A DNA stretch of 64,000 nt from Saccostrea echinata (Eukaryota). Under the pieces are notes generated by a model. It searched no databases, was not told where the DNA came from, and was given only the letters and a program-made list of their open reading frames with translations. The stretch's first letter is position 1; the number at the start of each line of letters is the position of its first letter. The translations under genes and the position numbers were made by a program. Shown piece by piece: positions 12,301 to 24,483 of the stretch. The DNA lies in the NCBI RefSeq assembly GCF_033153115.1, contig NW_026889751.1:30008001-30072000 (forward strand), in the 5' to 3' direction.

Positions 12301-15300
12301 CCAACTCAGTTATTTGTTATCATGTCAAGGATAACCTAGCAGTACTCAAGTACTCTATAAAAGGTCCAAGTATGAAATCAGTATTTGAGTACTGTACATG
12401 ACAAATAAAACCATGCAATATTTCTTCATTGTTTACATTATTTGTCAAGCACATTCTACTTTCAGAGGTCATCATACCATTATCTGACATTCTAGAGTAG
12501 ACCCTACCATATTTTGACAACAATTAGAGTCATTATCTCTTCTGTCAGTGGCAGTACATTGTTTTGTTTACATCAAGATTGGAAATCACAGTTCAAATTA
12601 ATTGAATGAAATATAACATGGTTTTTTTTATGAGTTTGTATCAAACATTCCTAAGACTGGGAATATTTCAGATATCCTGGCAATTTGAAGTCTTCAACAT
12701 GTCAACTGTGTGAAGCTGAATTTATATGGGAGGGAAAAATAATATGTTAAATCATTAATGTTTCAAGCATTGTAAGTGAAGCCTGCACCTCTGGCTTGTG
12801 CACCATGTGTAAATCTATACCAGGGCCTAATATTCCTTACATGCTGGTCTGGTAAAAGGACCCTGTCCCAATTGAAAATTGACCCTTAATTTTTTTTTTT
12901 CCAAATTAAATGAAGGTAAAAATTCCCAAATGACAAGCTGTTTAAATTGATAGAAAACTAAGTTACTAGAAAAATACAATGTGAGTTTTCTTACTTTATA
13001 ATAGATAACATTCATGGAGGTGAGCTTTGTATTCTTTGATTATACCTATGTTTGTAAATTGCAGCAAAAAAATAATGTAAGGAACCTTAAGTTTAATAGG
13101 AATATTGATGATCTTTATTTTTCCAGAAAAAATTAAAGCACAGAAAAAAATAACCTGGTAGGGGCAAATTTGATCTGACAGTCAGAATAAGTGATGTAAA
13201 TTTTCTAAATTTATTGTTGACAATTTATGTTAAAGGTCTGAGTTGTCCGCCATTAGACAGAGAGAAAGCTATCCCAGAATTCCTTGAATGGCTGAAGAAA
13301 CACAATGTAGACACCAGTGCTGTGGAAATCACTGGTTTTCCTGACTGTGGGTATGGACTGCAGGCCACTAAAGACCTCAATGTAAGCCAATATTATTGAC
13401 AGTTTACCATTAATAAACAAGCATTCTGAGAGTATTGCCTTAGCAATACTAGTCCCCTACCGGCAAGTGTAATCTGGTTGCCATCAAAATTTGAAAATGC
13501 CATGTAAAGTCATGTATCAAAAATCAGCTCAATATTTGCAAGCGTTTAGAAAAAAAATTGCGGAAAACCCTTAAAAATTAAATAGGTCGTAATTCCATCA
13601 AAATTCATTGAGGGGGAACAAAATGCAAACTTGATCTGTAATTTAAGATGCAATCACATACCTAAAAATCAGCTCAATATCTGAAGGCGTTTAGAAAAAA
13701 AGTGCAGAAAACCAAGTGGGACAGACTGACAGACAAACAGAGGAACAAACAGACAGACTCAGAAGAAACCAATAGTCTCCTCTGGTTTAACCAGTAGGGG
13801 ACTGATAAGAATTACAAAACTCACTGATATTATGTGCCATGGAAATCAGTACTCGGTAGCGTAGGTTGGAGTCCTATAGTTCTGTCTGCAGGACTGAAGA
13901 ACTTTGAAGAAGTCCATGAATCAAAATTGACCTCAGTGCATCAGTTTTTTCGATGAACAATATTATGCAAATAAGAAAGTGCACTAGAAACACAGCTACT
14001 TAAAATTCTTGCCTCCAGGCCCTGGACCTTTGATGGATCTTGGTTAGGAAGTAAATATGCAATGCATTAAATTGTGGAAACACTTCTGATGACATTTATA
14101 ACATTAATCTATTTGCATGATTTCATCAGGCAATGAAGATCTGATAAGGAAATCAAAAGATACCTCATCTAAAGATAGAATTTTGGTGTTTGTGTAGTGA
14201 CCTCAGGTTGATTTCAGTTTGAAGTAATTTTTTTTATTGTAGGAGTCTGACCCATTCCTGACAATTCCCAGAAAGATAATGATGACCACCGGAACAGCCA
14301 AAGAATCTCTGCTAGGTAATATTGTCATAGTTTGTGTAGTTATTAATCATTATGCATTGTTAATTGATAATATGTGTTCATATACCTTCATAAATAACAA
14401 AAGTGCTTAAGTTACTCAGGTGAGAATTGTGGTCCATGGGCCTCTAGTTTACTGTTGCAATGAAAATATACTTTAATTAAGCACATCGATCATGTCCTAT
14501 GGACATATTTCTAATTTCATTATGAATTGAACTTGCTAAAAAATTTGCATTCTCTGAAGGAATCAGTATGCTATGAGGTTGTCATTCAAATTTATCATTA
14601 AGACATACTGTAAACATATTTTTTTCCACAATTTCTGGTCAATCTGCAAGTAGAAAATTATCCAGATTTCTTGAGTTGTTATTGAATGAATTTTATAGTA
14701 TTAAATCCAGACCCTAAAAAGGGCATGGTAATCCAATAATCAAAAGGGCACTTTACGCCACAACAAGTTTTCATGAGGGCACTTTTTTAATGTCTTTGAA
14801 ATTATAAATATTTTCTTTATCATGTTTATATACTTAAATTATTATTTAATACTGAAATCTTTAGTTATACAAGTATCTAAAAGAAAAATTTATAAATCTG
14901 TCGGCTTAATTCATTTAATACACACTGAGAGGGCAATTGTTGCCCAAATTTAAATTCAATTTTTTTAATCAAGAAATCAGTATGGTTATCAAGGTTATGC
15001 TTAAATGTTAATCTTTTTGTCACTTGCTCAAGAATTATTTTAGTTTGGGGTATGAATTTTTTTCCTTGTTTTAATATTGTTATTTGTGTATGAGGTAAAT
15101 AACATTTTAATTTACAAATTAATCTATCTTTGACATTGGGCTAATTCTTGCATAATCAATGCAATCAAATGATATTTTCTCGTGTTATCTCTTATACCCT
15201 GACAGCCTGAGGCATGTTACCTGGCCAGGTGGCCGTGTGCGTTCAAGCGAGAAGTGATTTCCTGTCCTGAATTTACACCTTTGGTGCATTAAATAAACAA

Positions 15301-18300
15301 ATTAAGGGGCTAATCAGCATGCACTGAATAAACAAAGCTGCTAGTCCATCTTGCCTCTGCTAGGCATATTTATTTATTTTTGCAAGGAAAAAAGGGCATG
15401 GCATTGGAAAAAAGGGCATGGCACCGAGAGAAAAGGGCCTGGCGCCGCGCCATGCTAGTTTGCTTTAGATTTAACACTAATTTTAAGTACATTTATATGG
15501 AAAAATTGTGACCCTGTACATATATGTAGTGAAAACTATTTCCATGTGGTAAAATGTATCTCAAAAGTAGTTTGACAAGAGTCAAACACCAATTACTGAA
15601 GATCGCTATATTTTCGCAACACCTTATTTTCACAAGATAGCTATCTGGTATTTATATTATAATAAAATATATGGAGATAACGAACAATATTCAAGCTCAA
15701 AAGTCCATTAAACAATACAAATTTTGGAGCAGAGCAAAGACAGACCTCTAAAACATCAGAGGTGGGGTGGGATCAGGTGCACTGGAGGAGTGAGCATCCC
15801 TTGCTGACTGGTCACACCTGCCGTGTGCTCCTTGTCACGATCAGGAAATAACAGAAAAATCCGTCGACAATTCAAATTGTAAATAATGGCGTAACAATTA
15901 GTATGAAAAACGTCAGTCAGCATTTGACTTAATGATAAATTGTATTTGCTGACAAGGTCATTGTATTGACTATAGAACTTATGAAATGAGGACTTTAAAT
16001 GAGACTGTTGATATTCTTGTTCATCAACTTGTTTGTCAATAACTTACCTTGTTTTAGAAATTGTTCATATGTAGGTCATGCTCTTGGTGTATTGAATCAA
16101 CTGAGAGATATAAATCCTGTATGCAGGTGATAAAGGTATATTGCTGCATAAGTAAGGGAAGTTGATGATTGAAAATTTAAAGTCATCATGTTTATCATAA
16201 AGCTTGGTTGTTAGATTACCATTAACATCTTTTTCTAATAAAATATCCAAATATAAAACATATGTGTCAGACTCTGTGGTATCTTTTATTTCAAGTTCAC
16301 CTGGATATATCGTATCGACATAAGAATGGAAATAACCATTGTTAATTGACAATATGTCATCAATATATCTAAATGTCGAGTTGAAGGCCACTGCAAGTGT
16401 TTTCTTCTTTTCATGTATAAGATTTTGAACAAATTCATATCATATGAATACAAAAATAGGTCTGCTAATAACGGGGCACAGTTGGTACCCATGGAAATTC
16501 CAGTAGATTGTTGGAAGACCTGGTCTCCAAAAACCACATAGATATTGTCAATCAGAAACTCAAGCATCTTTTTAATATCAGCTTAAGAGTTTTGTGTGTA
16601 CAATCAGAGTGTTTTTTAACAAAATAATTTTGCAAATGACCAATAACAAAGTAAGTAAATTTACGAGTTCAATTTTTATTGCAAAAGCAGCTGTCAGTGA
16701 TATCAAAAAGCCTGGACAAAATTATAATGAATAAAATAATTATTAAAAAAAATAAATAAAATAATTATTAAAAAAAATAAATAAAATAAGTATTAAAAAA
16801 TTAAATAAAATAGGTACCGGTATTAAAAAAATAAATAATAAAAAAAAAAATATAAGAACAAATATAAAAAATAAGCAAGACAAAATTTTCGCAAGCTTTT
16901 GTGATTATTGTATATAACCTTAATGGTACAAATAAATGCGAAAATGAAATTTTCGTGAGTAGAAAGACAAATAAGTTCTCACAAATAAAAAGTGATTTAC
17001 AGTACATTACCATGGATTCCTGACAAGACATGGGGTGAGAGAGAGAGAGGTAGCAAGTGGATTCATATAACTATTTATTAACTGTTGTAAGTCCTTTAAT
17101 TGAGGAAGATAAGATCCTATAAGCCATGCCTAGTGTTGTGTTTATTAACTGTTGTAGGTCCTCTAATTGAAGAAGATAAGATCCTACAAGCCATGCCTAG
17201 TGTTGTACTGGCCCTCCATGTTCTTTGTGAGAGGCGGCGAGCAGACTCTTTCTGGAAACCGTACATTGGTATCCTTTAAACTTACAGGAATTGACTTTAT
17301 TGAATCAACATATAGTCCCAGGATCATGAAGCATCTTAAACTTAACTTAAACTATGATGGTGACAAAATTATGTAAAAGTCAAGCAGTCCAAGATGAAAA
17401 TGCTTTACAACTTTGCATTATCAAACTGCTGTCATAGGCAGATTCAAAAATTTTAAACATTTTATAGATAATCAGACATATTGTGATCAAGTTCAATGAT
17501 ATAAAATGAGTACATTTAGACAACCTTGACCTTTGACCTAGATGTTCTTCCTAATGAGTACACGACCCCTCTGTACTTCCTGCCTGATGATTTACTTCAC
17601 CTGAAAGGCTCACCTGCACAGAGTGAGTTCGTTGTTTATTGTATCTTTTTTTGATGAACAAGACAACATTAAGCAATTCAATTTCTTTTAAAGTTTTTTA
17701 AAATGTAGTTATCTTGTTGTTAGGGGGTCATTGGACTGATTGAAGTAACAAATACAATAATATATCATATGTCACTCAGTTTTACTGTTGAATTTATGCA
17801 ATCACGTGACGGTGTGATCCGACGTTCCGGATCAACACACTGTGGTTTTCTGAATCCATATCACCCTTCTCTAAAACTGATGATGTAGAACACAGATAAA
17901 TGATTTTTTTTATTCTCCCGCATCAAAAAGTTCATTGACAAAATGGTTTATTTAATGGATAAAAGTTATGTAATTGATCCAAAAAATTTCCTTTTATTAA
18001 ATTTTGTTAGTTGTAAAGGGGTATATAAAAAATTTATCATTATAACAGTAACTTGATCCAAAAAGACGTATCACGTCTTGTTGACAGGCGCGTCTCGTTT
18101 GATCTAATGATCTGCGCCTGTCAACTTGACGTGATATGGCTCTTCGGATCAAGTAACTGTTATAATTATATATAAAGATCGGTTCTGTAAATACATGCCT
18201 TACATGTATCTTACATATTACAATAGATTAAAATACAATGTTTATATTTAGGTGACTGTATAAAACAATTCCGCAACATAGCCCGCCAGTATGCCTGCTT

Positions 18301-21300
18301 TTACCGAGTATTTCAGGTGAGTATGATGGACACATGTCATTGTTTAGAAATGTAGTTTGTAATGTATTTCAGAGGTGAATATTAATCATTTATGATACAT
18401 CAGTTGTTGGTGTTCGTAACTGTATATGAATGCATTGTCCAGGATTTGACAGTGGTATGTTATTGTCGATTCAGTGACAGACTTTGTTTCTTTACAGACC
18501 AGTCAGAATGCAGACAAGCTTCCAATTAAAGACTGTTTTACATTTGATGACTACAGGTTATGTATAGATTATATACCAGATTTACCTAAAAATTATGTCT
18601 GTGTATGTATATGGTTACTAATGACACCATATTACAATATGCATTGAGTTTGTAAATCTTGGGGGTAAGAAGGAAAAATGATGAAAATTACCCCACCAAC
18701 ATGCAATGTAGCGATTCCATAGAATATCAGGAACTGTCCAAATATTATATACAGGGACTGGTACTAAGTTTTATGTATTCGTAATTTTACAAAGGCAAGA
18801 TTGGCACATTGTGCAGAAATAATTTAAATTTGTACTCTTTGAGTAAAGATGAAAAATGTATAATGTCTGCTTTCCAAGCAGATGTAAATCTAGAAGAATA
18901 GCAAAACTTCTGAAAGATGCATCTTTGTTTCATCACAACAGTTGAAAATGGTGGGAGATGAACTTCATTTTTGTCTCACTTGTAGATGGGCAGTTTCTAC
19001 CGTGATGACAAGACAGAACCAAATTCCAACACCAGATGGCGGTAAAATCACATTTGCTCTAATTCCAATGTGGGACATGTGCAATCATTGTAACGGCACG
19101 GTGAGTGATCTCTACACATGTTCATTTACCGTGGAATATTCTGTCACAAGTTTTGGATCAAGGACAGAGTTAATTACTATGTATGTTTTAGATGTTGGAA
19201 CAAGCAGGAAAATGAACCAATAAACAAGTACAAGTAAACTTCGTTATCTCGGCATCGACGGGACCATCGGAAAATGTCGAGATATCCGAGGTGTCGAGAT
19301 ATCAGAGTTGAGACTTGACGTCCAACGCAGTACAGTAAAGGTGCCAAATGGAAATAACGGCGAATTTTTTAGATAGAAAATACATTCTTTACAAGGATGG
19401 GCGTTTCTTTTTAGGACTTTACTATAATCGGACAAATGCAATGTGGTTGAAAACTACATGTTGAGGACGATTATATTTCTTATTTAGACTTGTCACATGA
19501 TGTGGCAGTCACGTGATTTTAGCAAATATACCTGAAGTATTGAGGTCATCTATAAATTCTAATATTGCAAGGGCATAACCAAGTTAAAAATCTAAGTTTA
19601 ACATATAATTATTTTCAACACTCTTTGTAGTTTGTGAAAAGTGCTGCGAACCTATATAGATTCTAATATCTAATTGCTTAAATTACATTTGTTAGACCGT
19701 ATGTTGAATATTTTGCTGGTCAAGTACATTAAATATAGATATAATTAATTCATTTGCAAGATTTCAACAGGTTCGCAGCACTTTTCAAATATCTTCATAC
19801 TTCTTGAGTTTATGTGTAAAAGCTTGTCATAATTCATTGAGGGTATGCCCTTGCAATATATCGATTTTTTACGACCCTTTTATTACCCTTCAATGAATCT
19901 GGATACAAATATACGACAATATCGCTTGTCTAGGGAATGTACGGGAAGAATATGAATAAAATCATAAAATAGACATCGCAGCCAAGTTAATGGCCTCATA
20001 TATATCTACAATTTATATTTTATTTAATTACAAAATACATTTTTCATTGTATAAATATAACTTGATCCGCCTCCCACTGCATACAAACTGCGTCAAATTT
20101 TACGATATGACGTCACATTGACAAGTGCATTGCGATCAGTGAATTGTTTATATATTGATGTGGGGGATTTAACCAACGACAATAATGCATGCACCACTTA
20201 GTATTGATGTAGTTTAAAGCTATTCAACAGTTTAAAATACCAAATCATTTCATTTTGTGGTAATTTGATGAACTTATACTTTTGTGTGATGTCATAGTAA
20301 ACATTTCCCGTATAAATTAGGCCCCGCCTCCTTACTGCAGCCTTAACTGTGCTGCGAAGATTTCACTGCATAGCAAAACGGACAAACTTATTATATGTAC
20401 ATGACTTCAATACAGACTAGTACTGTAGCTCAACATATTTCAGAATTCCCTCTATTTTTATTAAAAATCTAAAAAGTTATTTTAAAAATCTTGTTTATAA
20501 AACGTGTTCTTTATCGAAATCTTTCTAAATTCACAAAGTTTCAGCACAAAGTTACAGCATTCGCGTATAACCTGCCTTTTTGTCAGAACAGGATACGAAA
20601 TGCACTCTATCAAGTTCGAACCGTATAAAGTTGACATCCGATATAAGGGAAAAAAAATAAATGCGGATTATTTTTTTCTTATTTAATTCAGGAAGAATGT
20701 ACATTAAAATATTAATAATTATTTAAGAGATTTGTGTATCTAAACTAAGGTAGTGATGTTACAGATGCATGAATTACGGCTGATTCGGTTAATCGGGTCG
20801 TAAATTGGATTGTTTCCTGTTGAATACATATCATTAAAACATCTTTTAATTCCTTAGTTTGAATTATTCAGTGTGTTTGTTATTCATTGTAATTTAGTTA
20901 CCTTTTCAAATTTAAAAGTTATGTTAGGTTTCGATATAAATAACCGTCTGTACATTTGCGCAGAATCGTGTAGATTAAGCAATGATATTACCCAAGCTGA
21001 ACATTAAGCAATTAACTTCTCAAAGACGCCGAGGGGACCTGGGATTCACCTGCAAACACAGTCTATAGTAAGAATTCGTGCAGTCAAAACTTGGGTGTGA
21101 AAGGGGTGTGAAATTTTGATGACGCCGAGTTACCCGGAGTCGTCCGTGCTTGACGAGCGACCCTATCTGACAAACAGTTAGGTTCAGTAGAGGAGAAAAT
21201 TGCCGATGTCGACATATACCAGGTAAATTTTGCTCTTGGGACTGTGATAATACATCGAGATAACCCGGGTTGTCGACATTACCGAGGTCGACATATCAGA

Positions 21301-24300
21301 GTTTTTGAAAATCATTTATATAGTAAATACTGCCGGGACCGCGGAAGGACGTCGACATATCCCAGGTTGTCAACATATCCGATGTTGAGATACCGAAGTT
21401 TACCTGTGTCATAAAACATGATAAGCACATCAAGGAAAACATATTTGAATTTTAGAACACATGTACCAAATCATTTTTATCAGTAGTGGTCACATAACAC
21501 ATTATGATCTATTTGTTTACAGATCACTACGGACTACAATCTGGACAAGGACTGTAGCGAGTGTTTTGCTCTGAGGAATTTCAAGGCTAAGGAACAGGTG
21601 CCTCATACAAATAGCTATAAATTGTTTTTATTTAGAAACTTAGCAAATATCAGAGGGAAAAAAAAGAGTTATGATTTTGTTCATAAGTTTTACTTTCAGT
21701 AATAAAGTGGTAAAGATACATGTATAAATTATATTAACAACTTTCATAAGTTATGACAGGAATAAAGTAAATTCTGATTCCTTGATAATGAAGCTTTTAC
21801 CCGAATCCTTACGCATGTGAGTTAAGGCTAGGTATAGGCGTTTCTATGCAAATGAGCTAATAAAAACGCATAAGAGGTATATTTATTATTCAGAGAAAGT
21901 GTTGATTTTTTTTTCTTATGCATACTTAGTACCCAGGATATGTTATAGCCAGTACACATTATGACGTCATATTATGTCGTCACTGATCTTACCTACTGGA
22001 GGTAATAAAACACATCAACAAAACACCTCGGCGCAAGGGATTACCCTATTTATTTTTACATAAAAATTGTATAATGGTAAAAGAATATTCTATAGATTAA
22101 TAAAACTGCTGCACAAATCCTAGGCATTTTCTCATTTGATCGGAATGTGAGGAAACTTATACTGGACTGTACATTTTTACCCTTATTCAACTTAAAACAT
22201 TACAAATAGAAATTATACAACTGAGCTGCTGATATTTGTGCAGCAATACCAGCAAACTTTGGAATATTTTGCTTCTAAATATGCCTTGTTTCAGTTAAAT
22301 AAAGTAGAGCATGCCCTTGCGCCGAAGCATTTTTCTTGATATACATTATAATCTTGTATAGTACAGAACAATGACGTCATAATATTACGTCATAATGTGT
22401 ACTGGCTATCTCATGTCATGGGTACCAAGTATGTATTAGACAATAAGTTTTAACGTTGTCTGTATAATAGATATAGTACTTTGGCATATTAATTACATTA
22501 TTTGCATAAAAATGCCTATATCTAGCCTTAACTCACCTGCGTAAAAGGGGTTACATAATTTTCAATCTTTTGTAATCTTTCCTATCAGGTATTTATCTTT
22601 TATGGAGCAAGATCGAATGCGGAACTTTTAATCCACAATGGATTTGTTTATCCAGAGAATGAGTTGGATAGAGTAGCTGTTAGGCTAGGTAGGTTATTAG
22701 AATCAAAATAATTAGATTGATTGATTGTAATTCATAAGTTTATTACAATTTTGCAAATTAAATTGTTTGTCACATTACAGGCATAAGTAAAGGGGATCCA
22801 CTTTATGAACAGAAAAATGAGCTGTTGAAAAAACTAGGATTAGCTGTGTGAGTATGGTGTCATCATTTACATGTACACCCTATTTTATTCAGTACATAAA
22901 TATACACTAAATGGATGCAGGCAGCACTCTGTCTAAGCATTTTGTATAGCCTCTTTCAGAATCAGTTGAATTTGACAAGATATCGTAAAACTGAATAGTA
23001 TTAATCTGGCCACTAAACACATTTTTAGCTTACCTGAGCTGAAGGTTCAAGTAAGCTTTTCTGATCGAAATTTTTCTATTGTCTGTCGTCGTCATGGTTG
23101 TCGGGAACTTTTCACATTTTCATCTTCTTCTCAAGAACCACTGGGCCAATTTCAACCACACTTGCCACAAAGTATCCTTGAATAAAGGGGATTCAAGTTT
23201 TCAAATGAAGGGCCACGCCTTCTTCCAAGGGGAGATAATTATGATTTCATGGAAAATTAATGGCATCATTTAAAAATCTTCTTCTCAAGAACCACTGTGC
23301 TTGAAAACATGAAACTTATGTGGAATCATTGTGAGGTAGTGTAGATTCAAATTTGTTTGGAGATAGGGTGGGGCCACAGTCAAAGTTCAAACTTGTAGGG
23401 AAAAAAGCCACAGTTAATCAAAGAAATATGTAAGCATCCTTAGTTAGTGTAGATTCAATTTTGTTCAAATCATGACCCCCCCTCCCCCCTTCCGTTTTAG
23501 GGGTAGATCGGGACCACTTATGCATTTAAGCTTTCAATACTGAACTGATTTTTGCCTTTTTCCTAGCTTCAATTTCTTAGGCCTCTTGTTTTTACATTAA
23601 ATACTTCCCTTTTTAACAGATTGAGGAATTTTTACATCCACTCTGGAATGATTCCTGTAGATCCCCAGCTGATGGCTTTTCTAAGAGTTTTCTGTATGTC
23701 AGAGGGTAAGTTTGTTCTGAACTAGGTTAGACAACTCCTGGTTATTGATCTCATGCTATATGAGCTAAGATAACTCCTGTCTTTGAATCTATAGTTACTT
23801 ATCAAATTTTTAATCATGGACAAGAAATTCATTTTGAGATCAAGCATTATTTAGGTTTTGGAATCTGTGTCCTGTTGTTTTTGATGATTTTTCTAACTAA
23901 CAAACGGATTACTTTGATACTCCTTCAAAAATCATTAAGAGTTTGACATGCGTAAAGATATATTTTATATATTGTTTACTCCAATAGAAAACCTGAAGAA
24001 ATTGAATTCTAAGGAGCTTACAGAAGAGGACGCAGAGAAGATTGGAGATATAGACATCCCAGTGTCAGCTGAGAATGAAGAAAAAGTATGGGCGTTCCTC
24101 GAGACACGGACAGCTCTCTTACTACGGGCGTATGACACTTCAGAGGAGGTGGGTTTTCATTATTTTCTTTGAAAAACTACACTTAAAAGTGATTTACAAA
24201 CTACAACTAAAAAGCACTAACACATAATATTCTGATAAAGTGTAATAGACAATCAGAAAAGAGAAAAGTTGTACATTGTGTAAAGGTTCAGAGCTGGATT

Positions 24301-24483
24301 GAATTTTGTTTCTATTTTTAGGAGGATGAGGAGCTACTACAGAAAAAAGATATGAATATTCATGAGAGACTAGCTGTGCAATTACGATTGTGTGAGAAAA
24401 GAATATTGAAGGCAGCACAAGTGTATGCTGGAGACCGGAAAAAATCTCTGAAGGGAGATAACTCTGACACAGCAGCAGCATAG
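5023..24483 (+). CDS. SETD3: Actin-histidine N-methyltransferase SETD3, 15 coding exons
   Basis: Phase-consistent GT-AG exons: 5023-5146, 7251-7340, 13236-13381, 14243-14315, 17158-17268, 17542-17622, 18252-18316, 18498-18556, 18986-19100, 21523-21597, 22589-22688, 22781-22847, 23620-23705, 23988-24148, 24322-24483. Translation includes MGKK..., GYGLQAT, FWKPYI, RWAVSTVMTRQNQIP, ALIPMWDMCNH, IFYGARSNAELLIHNGF, AFLRVFCM and QLRLCEKRIL, collinear with vertebrate SETD3. Confidence 0.95.
5380..6175. mobile_element. Degenerate inverted-repeat element in SETD3 intron 1, apparently interrupted by the HINE at 6178
   Basis: ACCTGGGACAGGCCAAACTAGACATGTTTACCCAGGACAAACTG (~5453) is imperfectly inverted in CAGTTTATCCTAGGTAAACATATATGGTTTTGGCCTGTCTCAAGT (~6122-6166). 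Confidence 0.5.
6178..6644 (-). mobile_element. HINE-like (Helentron-associated) non-autonomous element, family B, with ~2 internal 146-bp repeats
   Basis: Minus strand starts TTAGTCCCCTACCGGTGAAACCGGAGGGGACTA (hairpin), then a GTCT/GTCC microsatellite and internal repeats starting at 6251 and 6397; ends with subterminal IR, hairpin AGTATTGC..GCAATACT and CTTGTT. Confidence 0.75.
7664..9386 (+). mobile_element. HINE-like element, family A, carrying ~7-8 tandem ~166-bp satellite monomers (Cg170/HindIII-type)
   Basis: 5' TTTTAGCTCACCTGAGCTGAAAGCTCAAGTGAGCT, GTCC/GTCT microsatellite, GTAGATTCAAG-type motif recurring every 166 bp (7983, 8149, 8315, 8481, 8647, 8813), 3' CAGGTGAGCGATGTGGCCCATGGGCCTCTTGTT. 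Confidence 0.85.
9568..11256 (-). CDS. RING-less TRIM-like protein: 2 B-boxes, coiled coil, NHL beta-propeller; single coding exon nested antisense in SETD3 intron 2
   Basis: Open ORF with CDLC..HCDICLVNLCKAC..H and C..H..C.MYC..CDIPVC..C..H..H B-boxes, a helical segment, and NHL-like repeats (PxDIAV, PxGITTD, PxGLC). Probable ATG at 11256 (MEPRTSAQDVMRC), just after acceptor TTTCAG ending at 11268. Confidence 0.9.
   Translation of the reverse strand: MEPRTSAQDVMRCDLCEIAVVQMHCDICLVNLCKACVGEHMISDESKKHEIVPFKLRKSTPQYPGCKSHNKERCTMYCSQCDIPVCDTCIASHQHLGHKLIKILQVLDKKKENIILKRNELKETIYPIYQDIASDVQNRMSQLEKEYGDLSTAITKHGEDWHREIDKLVKKFKAEVDEMKNTQLQTLQKHLDEINKIMSDIKDVTEAIDISLNSYDISVVFGVSIGIDEYRKIPPKIMVSSPTFNLKKLPAEQLSAVFGTLSSVTSTLKEHGYKMKTTQKSPNTGSSPPVKQLLDEPETVTTIDTGYGELYKVACLSDEEIWTSGDDNTMELYSINQGSLLKSIRTKSGYIPYDIAVTKSGDLVYTDYRDRTVNIVKNEKIEEVIRLQNWIPWGVCSTSSGDLLVIMDSDDNKQTKVVRYSGSREKQTIQFDDKGKPLYSSGRYNRYITENRNLDICVSDNGAKAVVVVNQAGKLRFWYTGHTPAPKNEPFSPRGITTDSQSHILTADKNNDCVHIIDQDGQFLRYIDCGLSEPRGLCTDTNDNLFVAQNRNRQVKKIKYLQ
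13416..13804 (-). mobile_element. Second copy of HINE-like family B (SETD3 intron 3)
   Basis: Same termini as 6178-6644 (AACAAGCATTCTGAGAGTATTGC...TAGGGGACT) with an internal deletion. Confidence 0.75.
14696..15479. mobile_element. hAT-like non-autonomous element
   Basis: Imperfect TIRs TAGTATTAAATCCAG / TTAGATTTAACACTA, subterminal AAAAGGGCA repeats at both ends, ATTTTA on both flanks. Confidence 0.55.
15680..16715 (-). mobile_element. Decayed, 5'-truncated Penelope-like retroelement RT fragment (probably Naiad-type, RT C-terminal)
   Basis: Frameshifted RT motifs FLIDNIYVVFG..FQQSTGISMGTNCAPLLADLFLYSY, FRYIDDILSINN, YLDI and LYDKHDDFKFSIINFPYLCSNIP; no GIY-YIG domain visible downstream. 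Confidence 0.8.
16728..16850. repeat. AT-rich ~26-bp minisatellite
   Basis: ATAAAATAATTATTAAAAAAAATAA repeated 3-4 times. Confidence 0.7.
17074..17207 (+). repeat. 67-bp tandem duplication of the SETD3 exon 5 acceptor and exon start
   Basis: TTTATTAACTGTTGTAAGTCCTTTAATTGAGGAAGATAAGATCCTATAAGCCATGCCTAGTGTTGT (17074) followed by TTTATTAACTGTTGTAGGTCCTCTAATTGAAGAAGATAAGATCCTACAAGCCATGCCTAGTGTTGT (17141). Confidence 0.9.
18041..18164. repeat. Long imperfect hairpin (~50-bp stem), probably a transposon remnant
   Basis: TATAACAGTAACTTGATCC...CACGTC..GTTGACAGGCGC pairs with GCGCCTGTCAAC..GACGTG...GGATCAAGTAACTGTTATA. Confidence 0.8.
19231..21406. mobile_element. Tc1/mariner (pogo/Tigger)-like non-autonomous element, ~2.2 kb, with a nested inverted-repeat element at ~19560-19860
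   Basis: TIRs CAAGTAAACTTCGTTATCTC / GAGATACCGAAGTTTACCTG, TA at left flank, subterminal GTCGAGATATC/GTCGACATATC repeats; nested IR ATTGCAAGGGCATA..AAAAGTGCTGCGAACCT / AGGTTCGCAGCACTTTT..TATGCCCTTGCAAT. Confidence 0.7.
21796..22553. mobile_element. Palindromic MITE in SETD3 intron 10
   Basis: TTACGCATGTGAGTTAAGGCTAGGTATAGGCGTTT inverted as AAATGCCTATATCTAGCCTTAACTCACCTGCGTAA; inner matches TAGCCAGTACACATTATGACGT / ACGTCATAATGTGTACTGGCTA and CGGCGCAAGGG / CCCTTGCGCCG. Confidence 0.8.
23022..23590 (+). mobile_element. Degenerate copy of HINE family A
   Basis: TTTTAGCTTACCTGAGCTGAAGGTTCAAGTAAGCT start, partial 166-bp monomers, GCCTCTTGTT end. Confidence 0.75.

Larger units (their letters stand above)
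15594..17004. mobile_element. Degenerate TA-flanked MITE that appears to host the Penelope-like fragment
   Basis: TACTGAAGATCGCTATATTTTCGC at left versus reverse complement of right end TACTGTAAATCACTTTTTATTTGTG. Confidence 0.4.
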
